64,000 bases of DNA. It comes from Perna viridis. Its lineage: Eukaryota. The stretch is from NCBI GenBank assembly GCA_037379345.1, contig CM074517.1, forward strand, positions 23,374,001 to 23,438,000, given 5' to 3'. Both the position numbers and the translations under genes were made by a program. The notes beneath the pieces are model-generated. The model saw only the letters and a list, made by a program, of their open reading frames with translations. It searched no databases and was not told the origin of the DNA. Numbering within the stretch: position 1 is the first letter of the stretch; every line of letters begins with the position of its first letter. Shown one piece after another: positions 38,901-49,739 of this stretch.

Positions 38901-41900
38901 GGTACCCCTGGTTTGTTACTTGCTGGGTTGTCTGGCTATGATATGGAAATAACTGACCGCAAACCATAGTGTTGCACAATGTTGGGAAAGATGCCACGTT
39001 CCTCGCATGTTAAAAAAACCCTACTGTGGTATTCTCCCAGAGTAGGAACCATAGGGCTCCGCCACAGTATGGTAAATTGCCTGACCCTACCCACCTCTCC
39101 CTATTTCCAGTGGCAATCAAAATTTCTCAACCCCATTATCCTTGTGTCCCATCCCATTTTTCATTTCATCAACATTTCATGTTCATTTTATCATCCACTT
39201 CATGTTCATTGCCTGAATCTAGCTGAAATATTGCTGCTCTGCGTTAAACCCCAACAAACAAATAAACAATTATACAGCAATAATCCATACTATGAGTTAT
39301 ACAGTTATGTGGATTAAGGATTTCTAAGGAGATCTGACTCGCATTACTTCTTGTGGATCCACTGCACCATATTTTAATATATTTATGGTAATGATTTATT
39401 ATATATTTTGATATATTTCATGTTTTCCTCTTGTTATATAAGTATATGAATGTCAATATGTACATGTTATTTTTAACCTATTTTATAGGAGAATATAAAT
39501 GTGTTGCTACAAATTTGGTTGGTACAACAGAATTTTCTATAACTGTGTCCATAATTGGTAAGATGTTTATCTATTATACACATAATACTGCTCAAGTGTA
39601 CCTTACTGCAATATTAGTTTTTTTCCCTCATGATATATTAACCCTTGCTGTGCCTTTAAGATCAACATCAGTCTTTGTTCAGATTTGAAAATGCTTTCAA
39701 CCAAGTCCTACTTTTAATGAAGACTATGAGGGTACAATATTAAAACTGTTACAGTTTGTTTTTATATAAAGGGAGGCAATCCTGTCACAGATTACATAGA
39801 GTTTCTTTAATTTGAAACCAGTAGTTTTCCTTTGAATCTTTAATCAGTTTCCTTTTACCAGTTCATATTGTATTGTTTTATTAACAGATTTATGCAAAGG
39901 TTAATTCATAAATGGCCTGGGTATTAATCCAAACTCCCAGATATTTTCTGTGCACAGAACAGTTTTCACGAACTTTTAATATCTTTGCCTTTTTTAGCTT
40001 AAATGATCGTTATTTTGTTAATAAACCTACTATAATATAAGATGAGATTTCTACATATAATCTAGTGACTAAAAAAGGAATATGTATTGTAGAGCCACCA
40101 CTGCCCCCTGTGCTATTAGATGCTTTGTCCTTGACCTCTACATCTGTAACCTTGACATGGACACCTGCCACACAGAAGCCAAATACCATAATATCAATGT
40201 ATCTTGTATACTATAAGACAGAGTAAGTACCATATCAGGTGTCCAGAAGTATACATCGTTTCTTATGTACAGTAATTTCAAAATCATGAAGATCGTCTTT
40301 TGAGTAGTTCCTTTACAAAAAATTTGCAAGTGAGACCAAAATAATTGGACCATCTTTGTAAAAACTAATCTTATAAAAGGTTGTGTGATTTAAAAAACAA
40401 TGAAAATAGTTAATGCATACATGTATGAAGGTTTTGAAAAAAAAGAATGGGTATTTAAACAATTATTTGTTTCAATAATGTTAGGATAGAAGCAGACTAC
40501 AGGAGATTGTCTGTAACAGCTGACAGTACTGATTCTCAAATAGTGGTCAATGGATTGTCTCCTGGCATTGTTTACATGTTTGTCATGTCTTCTGTCAATC
40601 CTGCTGGAGAGGGTAACCATAGCAATGTACTGTCTGAAAAGACAATGGACTCAGGTAGGATACTAATTGTACTTAGAAAGACTAATTAGATAATTTATTT
40701 GTTCTCATACACTCCCATGTCAATTAAATTGAAAAAATAAATAAAAAATAATAAAGAAAGAAAAAAGCTAATCCCTCTTACCACTGTATAATTGCATTTA
40801 GATGTAAAACAAATACCTCCCTCTCTTATTTGTTTTGTAAGATGGCCTTATAGAACCTAGAAATTTACTTGAAGTAAGTTAAAGAGGTAGGCCAAGGGGC
40901 ATAACGTTTGTGTAAAGCATTTTACATCAATCTCATGTAAGCATCAAAGTAAAGGATTGATTTCAATCTGTTTAAATTAATTTAATTTCAAATTAATGCT
41001 TGATAGGCTTAGGTGAAATTGAATATGATACAAAGATATCAATGATTTCAAGAGTTATTTCCCTTACCCTGAGTCTCCCTTCTTCGCAAGAATTTTAATC
41101 AAGAATCAGTATTTGTATTTCAGTTTTTTATTGTGCTAAATTATAGGTAAAAATTATGTTAATCTTGCTGTACCATATTAAATGAACCTAATATTTTCAG
41201 AACTAAATTCATGCAGTATGTACTGATAAACTGTGATACAAAATATGTGGACTTTCAAAAATGCATGCCTTTTTATGGTTACAAATTAATATTGTCAAGC
41301 AAAGCAGACCGGGGGCAGATATGATTTCTCTTCTGACCTGCAGTGTATTTCAGTTGATTTCGTTAAATTGTCTTATAGGACCATCACAGCCGAGAAACCT
41401 GAAAGTTCTATCAGTAAATAGTTCTTCTGTGACACTGGAATGGGAAATACCTGCACAAACCAATGGTCAAATCAGAAAGTACCAAGTGTTCAACAAAGTC
41501 AAGGGAGAAAACTCAGGTGAACATCTGTTTAAGACTAGCATCTTTTTTGATAGCTGGAATGGTACACTTACATAAAGGAGTTTATACAATTTATTTCATT
41601 CAGATATCTAGTGTTTAAAAATTATCAGTCTATATGTATAAAGTGTAAGAAACAATACAAGAACTACAGAGGATTTGTAAGACTTTAAGGTGTTTCTTGT
41701 GAAAATTGAATATTTTAGTGACAAAATGATTAAAGTTATTTTACAGTAGTAAAGGGGGATATTAATTGCCATTGTTTTCTTGGTTTTTATTTTTGATATT
41801 GTTTATGTTTCTGCCATGAAGTTTTACCTGTGTTTGTCATTCCCTTATTCTATCAATCAATCATTCCATCATTCTGCAAAAAGAAAAAAAAAACAGTTTT

Positions 41901-44900
41901 CCTGACATATTTATCTTAAGTGCTTGCTGTTGAAACAATTGAATTTTTTTTCTTCAAATCTAATGTTGAACTGTTTGTTTATTAGAGCTTTTACAAATTA
42001 CATGGGTTAGTAGTTAGTGAATGGCATATGATAAAATGCCAAATTTACTGTAACTTGCAAAGTGAAAAATAAAAAGTGTCTGTTCAAGTACAGATTGTTG
42101 TAAACAAATAGTATTGAGACATTTTTATTAAGAATTTGGAATTACTTTGTTTCATTGTTTACAGCCTTGATATCAGTCATTACTGACAAAGATGTCAACA
42201 AACCTTTACTGTCAATTGTTGTCCATGACCTTTTGCCTTTCACCTTGTACGAGTTCAAGGTCAGAGGAGCTACACAGGAAGGAGGCCAAGATCTATGGGG
42301 CAATTTGACTGATAATGTGGAAGTCAAGACATCTCCAATAGGTAACATTTAAAATTGATAGTGAGATATCACAGACATTTTTCTTTTTTTTTTTTTTTTT
42401 TTAATTTGACACTGTGTAAGCCCAAAAAACTGCAAATTAAGACCAGAAATAGAATCAGATTGTCAGTACAAAAGTTATATTATATTTTAGCACTTTAAAT
42501 GTTTGATATATTGCTGTTCCCTTCCCATAGTTATTTATTATAATTTTTAGCTCCAAGTTCAGAACCACAGATAACAGACATACAGACTCTTTCCACTTCA
42601 ATGGTACAGCTGGGTTGGCAGGTATGCTCTTTTTCATCTATCATTTCATTCAGGCATCCTTGGTTCTGTCCATTCAATGGCTGTATATGTATATATTGAA
42701 AGCAGTTTAAGTTAAAGGATACTTGAATTTATTTCCATGTAAATGATAATCAAAAATATTTCTCTCACAAAAATCTGATCTGCAAATGATTGGATTGACA
42801 TGACCTTTGGTTAGCTGTTTCATGTCATTTAGTTGTATGTTGGAAGCAATTGATTTCTGTGTAATGTCAACTTCCTGTTCATAGGATTTTTAGTGTTCAG
42901 GATTAGCAAATAATAGGGAAAATTTCCTTTGCAATCATCTTTGCTCCTAATGATAAGAATGATTCATAATTTGGTTTGTGGCTTTACTTTAATGAGTTGT
43001 ATGTTGTATGCAATTTTTGTTCCTGTCTAAAATCAATGTCCTGCTCAGCTGAATTTTGAATTTTTAGGGGATCTTAGTGATAGTGTTATTTTATTAAAAA
43101 TGTTAGTTTTCTGTGAAGGGAATGATCTGAAATTTGATGATTTGCAGCTTTTGTTTGATTAGTTGTACATTACAAGCAATTTTACATGCTGTCTGATATC
43201 AACTTTGTATCCCACAAAACACACATTATTAGTTTGTCCATTTACATGGTTGTCAAGTTGTTTGTCTGGTGGGCTTTTGTCCAGATGTTGCTTGTAATGC
43301 CTCAGGATGAGGTCTGCTTTAACTCTTTTCTGTGGAGACAGTTCACATTACCATTAAACTTGCTAGCCAGGTACATCATTCTATGTACTTTAATATATGT
43401 ATTTAATGTTTTTTAGAAAACAAATTATGAATGACGCCTTTGCTGTCCACTGAATTAAAACTTTCAGTAACGCAAACATTAGTCTGCTGCTTTATATGAA
43501 TCAGATCAATTTTATTTACATCTATAGGTACCACCTTTGCAGACATGGCATGGACAAGATTTAAAGTATAGAATTTCTTACATTGACCTTAACTTCACTT
43601 CTGATGAGCTTCAGTTGTCTATAACTGATACTGTAGTCAATGTGACTGGCTTGTTTCCATGGAGGTGGTACTCTTTTGTTTTGGAGATAGGAAATGAAGC
43701 TGGCTGGGGGAAGAGGAGTGATCCTGTTATATCACACACAAAGGCTACTGGTAGCTATACTTCGTTTAAAAAGAGAATCAGTAACCTGGTGAAAATAACC
43801 TTTAAAGAAAAATATTTGATTATGGAATTTAATTTGATATTTATTTTCAGAACCAACTCACAATCTCCCACCTTTCATTAAAGCATTTTTTTTCAAAGTT
43901 AACTTTCCTTCCTTTATCCATAATTTGACTAAATGAAACCTTCACAAATGGAAGCAGAACTATATTGACTGGGGACACTTTTTGGTTTCATGCGTCATGG
44001 TAACCATCTTTAAATTAGATTTAGTTCATTGCTTTTGTTTAACCATATTGCCTAAATACATTATTTCTTTTTCAGCTCCAGATTTATCTCCCTTGATCAG
44101 CAATATCAGTGCTTTGCCTAATCAGCAAGTTTTAGTAATCTATCAGGTGAGTGGAGTCTTCAGCACTTTCATTTAACAAAAAAATGGTTTAAAAAGATTA
44201 AAACAATGGTTTTACTATAGTGAAAACTGTCCTGCTGAATCTAGAATAATCCAAAAACCTGTCTAAACCCGTATGTTAAAGTAGCTTTATTTCAGTTTAT
44301 ATGAATTTTGAACCTTGGAAAATTAACACCTGTCTAAACCACATATTCTATTGTACAAAAGGAGTTTGGTTGAGACAGATTTCTCTGTATATGAAAATAA
44401 CAAAACTTGTTCTACATTAGCTGATTGTCTTTTACTAAGAATACAACTTTATTGTATTATTCTTTATTGTATTATTGATTGCAGGAACGCTTATGTATTG
44501 TAACGTAATGAAGAGTGAAATTTCAATTTAGTGAAAACAATTAAGCTATATTTTTGATATCTGCAGTTGCCAGACCCAAGAACTTGGAACAGTCAATTGA
44601 ATGGATTGATAGTTCAATACATAACAGGCAGTGATTCAAGGACTAAGACAGTGGAGAATATACAAGGGGAGATAACTATTAGGTAAATCGCAACCTTATG
44701 TCGTGAATATCTCAAAGAATATGAATAATGTTTAGTAAAATATCCCAATAGTTTGTCTTTTTATACGTCAAAATACATTATTTTGCTTGATAAAATGTTC
44801 CATTTTGGAAAATTATGACATAAAATTAGAAAGTTGTAATCAAGTTACAATTTAATGAATGGATAATTTCTTACTTACCAGTCACTAAATATACATATAG

Positions 44901-47900
44901 GAATTATCTCTGTATCAAATTCTCCCAACTCGCCACACACAGATGACTATGATTTAAACATACATCATATCCGGTTACCTGTGTGTGAGTAGCCTCAGTT
45001 TATTGGGCGGGATCAAAACAACCCTGATACCAGTTCACAACTGGGGTGGTAATGGGCACGTTGACTGGTAAGTAAGAAATTATCCATTCATAAAATTGTG
45101 CCTTGATTACAAATTTCTAATTTTATATCATTTAATTTCTTACTTACCAGTCACTAAATATACATATAGGAATATTGCAGATTTCAAAGCAATCCTACAA
45201 CATTTGTGAATTTTCATCATAGTCTCACAAATACATATTTAAGTCCACTTGGAACTAAAGTAACACATATCTTTCAATACTGTACATACATCATCTAAAT
45301 AATGAATACGAAATTGGTGCACGAATCTGTGATTAAAAACCTTCCACCAATAAATTTCGACAAAACTCACAGATTATAAACTTAGTCAAGTTTCTTTAAA
45401 ACATTAACATCTAATTCTCTGAAATAAAATCTACAAAACATAGACTTTAGCTTCCAATCTGCAGACTGTAAGATTGATGTTAACAAAGCTCCTTTAAACA
45501 AAGCCCAACTTGGACCAATTGGTCTATTAGAATGAGCCTTAATTTTATACATTCCAGACTGACTTTTGCCACTGTATGTTAGCTTTATGCATTCCGGACT
45601 GACTTTTGCCACTGTATGTTAGCTTTATGCATTCCGGACTGACTTTTGCCACTGTATGTTAGCTTTATGCATTCCAGACTGACTTTTGCCACTGTATGTT
45701 AGCTTTATGCATTCCAGACTGACTTTTGCCACTGTATGTTAGCTTTATGCATTCCAGACTGACTTTTGCCACTGTATGTTAGCTTTATGCATTCCAGACT
45801 GACTTTTGCCACTTTATGTTAGCTTTATGATACTCACAATCCATTTTGCAATAGTTTGAGAAGTCACAGGTTTTTGTGAATCTAATAAAGATAGGAATAA
45901 TTTGCCTCTTTGATCTTTAGATAATACTTTCCTATAAGATTCACTTTTCCTTAAGTAATGTAGAAGAGCTCTATGTGGATCTAATAATGAGTTTTCTGTA
46001 AAAGTAGGAACCAAAATCTTTAAACCAAAATGGCTTTCTTTGTCCTGCTTAGCTAAACCTTGTTAGACAAAAGTAATTCCATTGTGTTGAACCCTCATAG
46101 CCGTTTCCTCAGTTCTTAAAGCCTGTAGATTGCTGCATCTTCTGAAAGTAGTAAGAGCAATTAAAAACACAGTCTTGAAAGTTAACTCTTTCAATTCTTA
46201 TTCTCTAATGGTTCAAAAGGACTTTTCTCTAGCATATTTAATACAATATGTAAATCCCATTCAGGTATCAGTTTTGTAATTGGAGGTCTAGAATTAAAAA
46301 CTCCCTTGATTAACCTAACTATATAAGGATGTTGACCTACTGGATATTTGTCTACAGGAGGTAATATGTTTGACAACATAGAACGGTATCCAGCAATAGT
46401 TCTGTATTGTGAACCCGTACCGAATAAATCAGTCAGAAATTCAGCAACCTGATTCAAAGATAATGAAGTGGGATCAATTTCCCTTGCACTACACCAGCTA
46501 TTGAACTGTTTGAACTTGGAGCAGTAATCTTTCTGAGTTCCTTTCCGCCAAGAGGCTGAAAGCAACTCTCTAGCCCCTTCAGAAAAACCTTCTGCTTCAA
46601 ATTTTTGGTTGAGAGTAGCCATGCAGTCAGACTGAACACTTGTGGGTTTGGATGGAAAATCTGATTTCAGGGTTGACATAACAAATTTGGAATCACTGGT
46701 AACCTTACTGGTACAGCAATTAGTAACTGTAGCAGTTCTGGATACCAGTGTCTCCTTGGCCATAATGGAGCTATTAGCAAAATCTGACAATTGAACTGCC
46801 TCATATAATGTAGGACTTAAGGTATCATGCAAATTGGAGGATAAGCATACCCATACATTTTGTCCCAAGAAATTGTCAGAGCATCCATTGCAAAAGCCTT
46901 TGGATGCTGAATCCAAGAGCAAAAAACTTCCGTCTGACAATTGTCTGCCGAGGCAAACAGATCTATTAAAGGACTCCCCCACATTCTGAATAGGGTTTGA
47001 ACTACATTCTTGTCCATTCTGCTGGTCTGATTTTGGTTCTGCTCAATTGATCTGGTAAAATATTCTTTTTCCCCATTATGTGGACAGCTTTTAGAAAAAA
47101 TTTGTTTTGAATTGCCAAATTCCAAAGATTCCAAGTCCAATTACACAACTGGGGGGATTTTGTTCTCCCTTGCTTGTTAATGTATTGAACCACAGTTGTG
47201 TTGTCAGACCTTATCAAAACTTTTTCCCTTTCACTTGTTTCAGGAAATGTTTCAGAGCGAAATGGACTGCCTCCATTTCCAGACATTTTATGCAACTTTT
47301 TCTGAGATTCTGACCATGTCCCTTGAAAAATTTGATGAAATTTGATGTTCATGAAACCCCCATAACCTGCAGTCAAGGCACCTGTTATTGTGACAGAGGG
47401 TTGAGGCTGAACAAAAAATTGGCCTTTCTGCATGTTTACTCCATTTTTCTACCAAGAAAGATGAGGGAACAGATGTTGAGTAATTGGAATAAGAGTTGAC
47501 AAGTCTTGGGAACTTGGTTTCCAAAAACAAAGAAGGTGTAATTGAATTGGACGCATGTACAGACGTGCATTTGGAATAAGTTGAATACAAGATGCCATCA
47601 GCCTTAGTAAATGTAGGAATTGTTAAGCTGATGCTGTCTTGTTCATTAGACAATTGACAGCTAAACTGATCTTTTCTATTCTCTCCAAAGTGAGAAATAC
47701 TAGACCTTTGTCCAGACTGAGAAGCTTCATTTGAGGAACACAAAGCCAATAGGTTGGATTTCTCAGTAATGTCTGGGTTAGATTTCTGACCTAGCATCAA
47801 AATCTAGGGCTGCCTAAATCTTCATCAAGATTAGGTTCCAGTGGTACAAGCGGTCTATGCACCCCTAATGGGCCATTATCCGACATAGTTTCTCCATGCT

Positions 47901-49739
47901 GCATGACTATACCACTAGTCTGAGAGATATTATATTCATTTACTGCTGACTCAGTATCTGACTTTTTAGACAGTAAATTAAACAGTAAATCAAATTTCTT
48001 GTCAAACATTGATTCTAAATTCTCCATTCTTTTCTGTAACTGGACAGTTTTGGATACTCTTTTCTTCTTTCAAAAATCTTTACTCGCTATTCGCGACATC
48101 TCTGAGATTTCCGAAACATGCGACAAACTATCGTCCTCTCGAATCTCTATGTCTGTTAAACGTTTGACGACAGACATTGTTCATAAGAACAAAATATAGT
48201 AACTTCAGAAAGTTGTCTAACTAAGACTTAAAATTTTAAGAACACATGGGAGAAGCATGTTATTTTGATTCCTGCAGATGATAAACTGAGGCTACTCACA
48301 CACAGGTAACTGGACATGATGTATGTTTAAATCATAGTCCTCTGTGTGTGGCAAGTTGGGAGAATTTGATGCAGAGATAATTCCTATATGTATATTTAGT
48401 GACTGGTAAGTAAGAAATTAAATGATATAACATTGCTTTATGAAAATCAAATTATCTGAGGGAAAATAATTTTTATATTTTCTGCTGCAAAGTTTTTCTT
48501 TTAGTTCTTGTATTATGTCCTACACAAAATGAAATCCTTTCAAAAAATTTAAAAATATAATCACATTTATACTATCATGTGTGCTGAGAATATCAGTAGC
48601 CGAGGTTTTGACCTCCAGATTCTCTGAAATTTCTACAATTTTTTTACTGCAAATTACTCTTTACAGATGTGAATCTCTCAGTTGTACCTTTATTTAAAAT
48701 GAAATTGTCATAAAATACAGCCAACAATATGGATTTTCATAAACAGGTATGCAGTATATAAAACTTCAGCAAGAAACTATGTGATTGGATATTAATGTTT
48801 TCTTTATAGCCATGGTCATATTTTGGCCTTTCTCTCTTTTTATTTAGTTATCTTATGATAACTAATACTACTAAGGGGGTTTTTAACATCCTTAACTACT
48901 CTTACGAGTCTCACATGGATGGGTGATAACTAATAGTATTGTATTTCATAACATACAATAATTTTTAGTGGTTTATTACCATGGACACAGTACAGAATTC
49001 GATTGGCTGTATACACAGATTTGGTAACCAATGGTAATGGACCTTATTCAGATTGGTTCCCTGTAAAAACTTCAGAAGCAAGTAAGTGTAATAGAATGTA
49101 TCAAAAAAGAGATGTGAGTAAGATGCCATTAAGACAACAACATCAGTAAAAAAAATACCTGAGATTTTTAGGTCTTACAAACTAGACTCCAACTAAACAG
49201 CAAGCCTTTATCTTAAATACTTCTCTTCACTTTAAGCATTAATAAAATGTCATTCAGTTGATAACTATTAATTTAGAAATTATTTCACACATGAATTATT
49301 GTGGTTAAGTCACTTAAAAATGATGTGATTTAAGTTTCTGCAATTATGAGAAAAATCCCACACAAGTTAGTTTAAAATTTCATGGGTAAAGTTTTGATTA
49401 TTTGCAATTAAAAGACAGTCACAATTTTTTGCAATAATGATAACAATGCAATATTTTCAAAATTTACAGTAGTTTAGAGATATTTGAAGATAAAAGTTAT
49501 GGAATCTTCTTTTGGAATAAAAAAAGCAGTGATTTTATTTGTCTCCACCTAAATAATGGCTATCACACTTTTTTCAGCACCAGGCAAAGTAACCAATGTA
49601 CAGCATCAAGCTACACCCACTAGTATGACCTTGACCTGGACAGTTCCTCCCAAACCAAATGGTGTCATTTTATATTACATAGTGGAGTATAGGGAATCTG
49701 AAGTAAAGGGAAATCCCCTGAATTTGACAAGGCAGAACG
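23874..49739 (+). CDS. Immunoglobulin-superfamily cell-surface/adhesion protein: signal peptide + 8 Ig + at least 4.5 FN3 (DSCAM/Sidekick/Robo-like architecture); 3' end not found in the window
   Basis: 24 exons with GT-AG sites and consistent phases give 3685 nt of open frame. There are eight Ig C...W...YxC motifs, followed by FN3 repeats (W..P...NG...Y; L.P.T.Y...G.G..S). Confidence 0.93.
25430..25790 (+). mobile_element. SINE/retroelement fragment with a Nin-domain-like core
   Basis: atgtttaacccagccacat...tgtcccaagccaggaacctgtagtccagtgg...tgtctcactggcaatcatatcacatctc; family recognised from memory, not searched. Confidence 0.5.
26649..26873. mobile_element. TTAA MITE copy (inverted)
   Basis: Same TIRs and TTAA flanks as 1159-1377; interior is the reverse complement. 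Confidence 0.85.
27136..27898. mobile_element. Non-autonomous DNA transposon with CAGTG TIR and 5-bp TSD (hAT5-like)
   Basis: attta|cagtgtggaaaacca...tggtttcccacactg|attta. Confidence 0.8.
28133..28390 (+). CDS. IgSF exon c2 (Ig1)
   Basis: DFTIKPESQTV...LDC...YSWYHDG...GNYTCHV. Confidence 0.93.
28640..29135. repeat. Foldback/duplicated MITE cluster with a hairpin at 28793-28830
   Basis: gtacaaaaaatagggta-tacc-taccctattttttgtac; gcattttacactgagttatt.gggaaaca segments recur in both orientations. Confidence 0.7.
29559..29870 (+). CDS. IgSF exon c3 (Ig2)
   Basis: YIRPFLSNP...LDCVTGDSAPPSEVHWEKDG...GLYACVS. Confidence 0.93.
30065..30577 (-). mobile_element. SINE-like retroelement, full length with 14-bp TSD
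   Basis: TSD taacagaagtcaag at 30051-30064 and 30578-30591; (CAAA)n tail; inverted homolog at 38748-39271. Confidence 0.9.
30985..31275 (+). CDS. IgSF exon c4 (Ig3)
   Basis: LNCAIGGFPRPVITWYK...DQGYYYCEGKN; NAGNAG acceptor (cagcag). Confidence 0.93.
31650..31791 (+). CDS. IgSF exon c5 (Ig4, first half)
   Basis: YIDLLFKEEP...LHCSPPISYPPANVTWYKNN. Confidence 0.92.
32486..32652 (+). CDS. IgSF exon c6 (Ig4, second half)
   Basis: LFFTNIQKQDEGRYFCVATN. Confidence 0.92.
33534..33687 (+). CDS. IgSF exon c7 (Ig5, first half)
   Basis: PAFIDPPQSTSV...MKCTVSGDPFPRITWLLDG. Confidence 0.92.
34107..34225 (+). CDS. IgSF exon c8 (Ig5, second half)
   Basis: ELHMAKVNKVHEGVYTCRAENVYG. Confidence 0.92.
34410..34614. 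mobile_element. TTAA MITE copy
   Basis: Homologous to 1159-1377, TTAA on both sides. Confidence 0.85.
34656..34769 (+). CDS. IgSF exon c9 (Ig6, first half)
   Basis: VPPVLVN...LPCFVNGDPSPSIQWMK. Confidence 0.92.
35034..35486. mobile_element. MITE with 17-bp TIR and 3-bp TSD (PIF/Harbinger-like)
   Basis: TIR ggtctcactaaccactt; TSD aat; near-identical copy at 54863-55322. Confidence 0.88.
35891..36043 (+). CDS. IgSF exon c10 (Ig6, second half)
   Basis: DGSDVVSDDRI...EDSGIYTCHAFNSAG. Confidence 0.92.
36497..36612 (+). CDS. IgSF exon c11 (Ig7, first half)
   Basis: KPDFIKSPFD...MECEVKGYPLPSITWLFN. Confidence 0.92.
37040..37190 (+). CDS. IgSF exon c12 (Ig7, second half)
   Basis: GTNLLPPG...HVGLYTCVASNILG. 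Confidence 0.92.
37598..37762. mobile_element. Tc1/pogo-like MITE (tacagtgaaacctgtc family); relatives at about 44217-44389 and 58110-58277
   Basis: TA|CAGTGAAA..CTGTC...CAGGTTTTACT.TA; repeated internal ctgtctaaacc motifs. Confidence 0.6.
37773..37979 (+). CDS. IgSF exon c13 (Ig8, first part)
   Basis: LTCSVAGIPKPTVNWYFQD...TKASDA. Confidence 0.92.
38748..39271 (+). mobile_element. SINE-like retroelement, second copy
   Basis: Reverse-complement homolog of 30065-30577; TSD atacagcaa at 38739-38747 and 39272-39280. Confidence 0.9.
39489..39557 (+). CDS. IgSF exon c14 (Ig8, end)
   Basis: GEYKCVATNLVGTTEFSITVSII. Confidence 0.92.
40093..40222 (+). CDS. IgSF exon c15 (FN3-1, first half)
   Basis: EPPLPPVLL...STSVTLTWTP...YLVYYK. 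Confidence 0.9.
40485..40654 (+). CDS. IgSF exon c16 (FN3-1, second half)
   Basis: VNGLSPGIVYMFVMSSVNPAGEGNHS. Confidence 0.9.
40879..41082. mobile_element. TTAA MITE copy (degenerate)
   Basis: Interior homologous to 1159-1377. Confidence 0.75.
41379..41516 (+). CDS. IgSF exon c17 (FN3-2, first half)
   Basis: GPSQPRNLKV...LEWEIPAQTNGQIRKYQV. Confidence 0.92.
42165..42341 (+). CDS. IgSF exon c18 (FN3-2, second half)
   Basis: DLLPFTLYEFKVRGAT. Confidence 0.92.
42551..42621 (+). CDS. IgSF exon c19 (FN3-3, start)
   Basis: APSSEPQITDIQTLSTSMVQLGWQ; 71 nt, phase 1 to 0. Confidence 0.88.
43528..43750 (+). CDS. IgSF exon c20 (FN3-3, remainder)
   Basis: VPPLQTWHG...TGLFPWRWYSFVLEIGNEAGWG. Confidence 0.92.
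44076..44146 (+). CDS. IgSF exon c21 (FN3-4, start)
   Basis: APDLSPLISNISALPNQQVLVIYQ; 71 nt, phase 1 to 0. Confidence 0.87.
44567..44682 (+). CDS. IgSF exon c22 (FN3-4, middle)
   Basis: LPDPRTWNSQLNGLIVQY...GEITI; phase 0 to 2. Confidence 0.88.
45382..46622 (-). pseudogene. DIRS tyrosine recombinase (frameshifted; interrupted by a tandem repeat)
   Basis: Integrase N-terminal domain in ORF 46191-46982; catalytic Arg region (LIALTTFRRCSNL), HSxR box and C-terminal Tyr. Confidence 0.9.
45551..45829. repeat. 40-bp tandem repeat, about 7 copies, inside the DIRS recombinase
   Basis: Unit attccagactgacttttgccactgtatgttagctttatgc repeats with period 40. Confidence 0.97.
46620..47640 (-). pseudogene. 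DIRS RT C-terminus / RNase H / methyltransferase-like remnant
   Basis: ARLYMRPIQL; degenerate TDAS-GWG (TGALTAGYGG); SDNTTVV; DLFAS; YAYPP; several frameshifts. Confidence 0.85.
48969..49081 (+). CDS. IgSF exon c23 (FN3-4, end)
   Basis: SGLLPWTQYRIRLAVYT...GNGPYSDW; phase 2 to 1. Confidence 0.92.
49578..49739 (+). CDS. IgSF exon c24 (FN3-5, first half)
   Basis: PGKVTNVQ...LTWTVPPKPNGVILYYIVEY, followed by a gtaag donor. Confidence 0.92.

Larger units (their letters stand above)
44820..48430 (-). mobile_element. DIRS1-type tyrosine-recombinase retrotransposon, internally deleted and degenerate, in intron c22-c23
   Basis: Inverted terminal repeats at about 44864-45003 and 48281-48420; internal complementary region at 45063-45173. 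Minus-strand remnants: gag-like ORF (ATG 48177), RNase H (SDNTTVVQYINKQG), methyltransferase-like domain (DLFAS...YAYPP) and tyrosine recombinase (SWRKGTQKDY...; RRCSNL; KAHSNR...W...FYFR). Confidence 0.95.

Noticed and set aside
28133-39557. DSCAM-style mutually exclusive exon arrays
   Set aside because: Each Ig exon occurs once; no paralogous alternatives were seen in the introns.
45551-45829. CRISPR-like array
   Set aside because: Head-to-tail repeats with no spacers, derived from DIRS coding sequence in a eukaryote.
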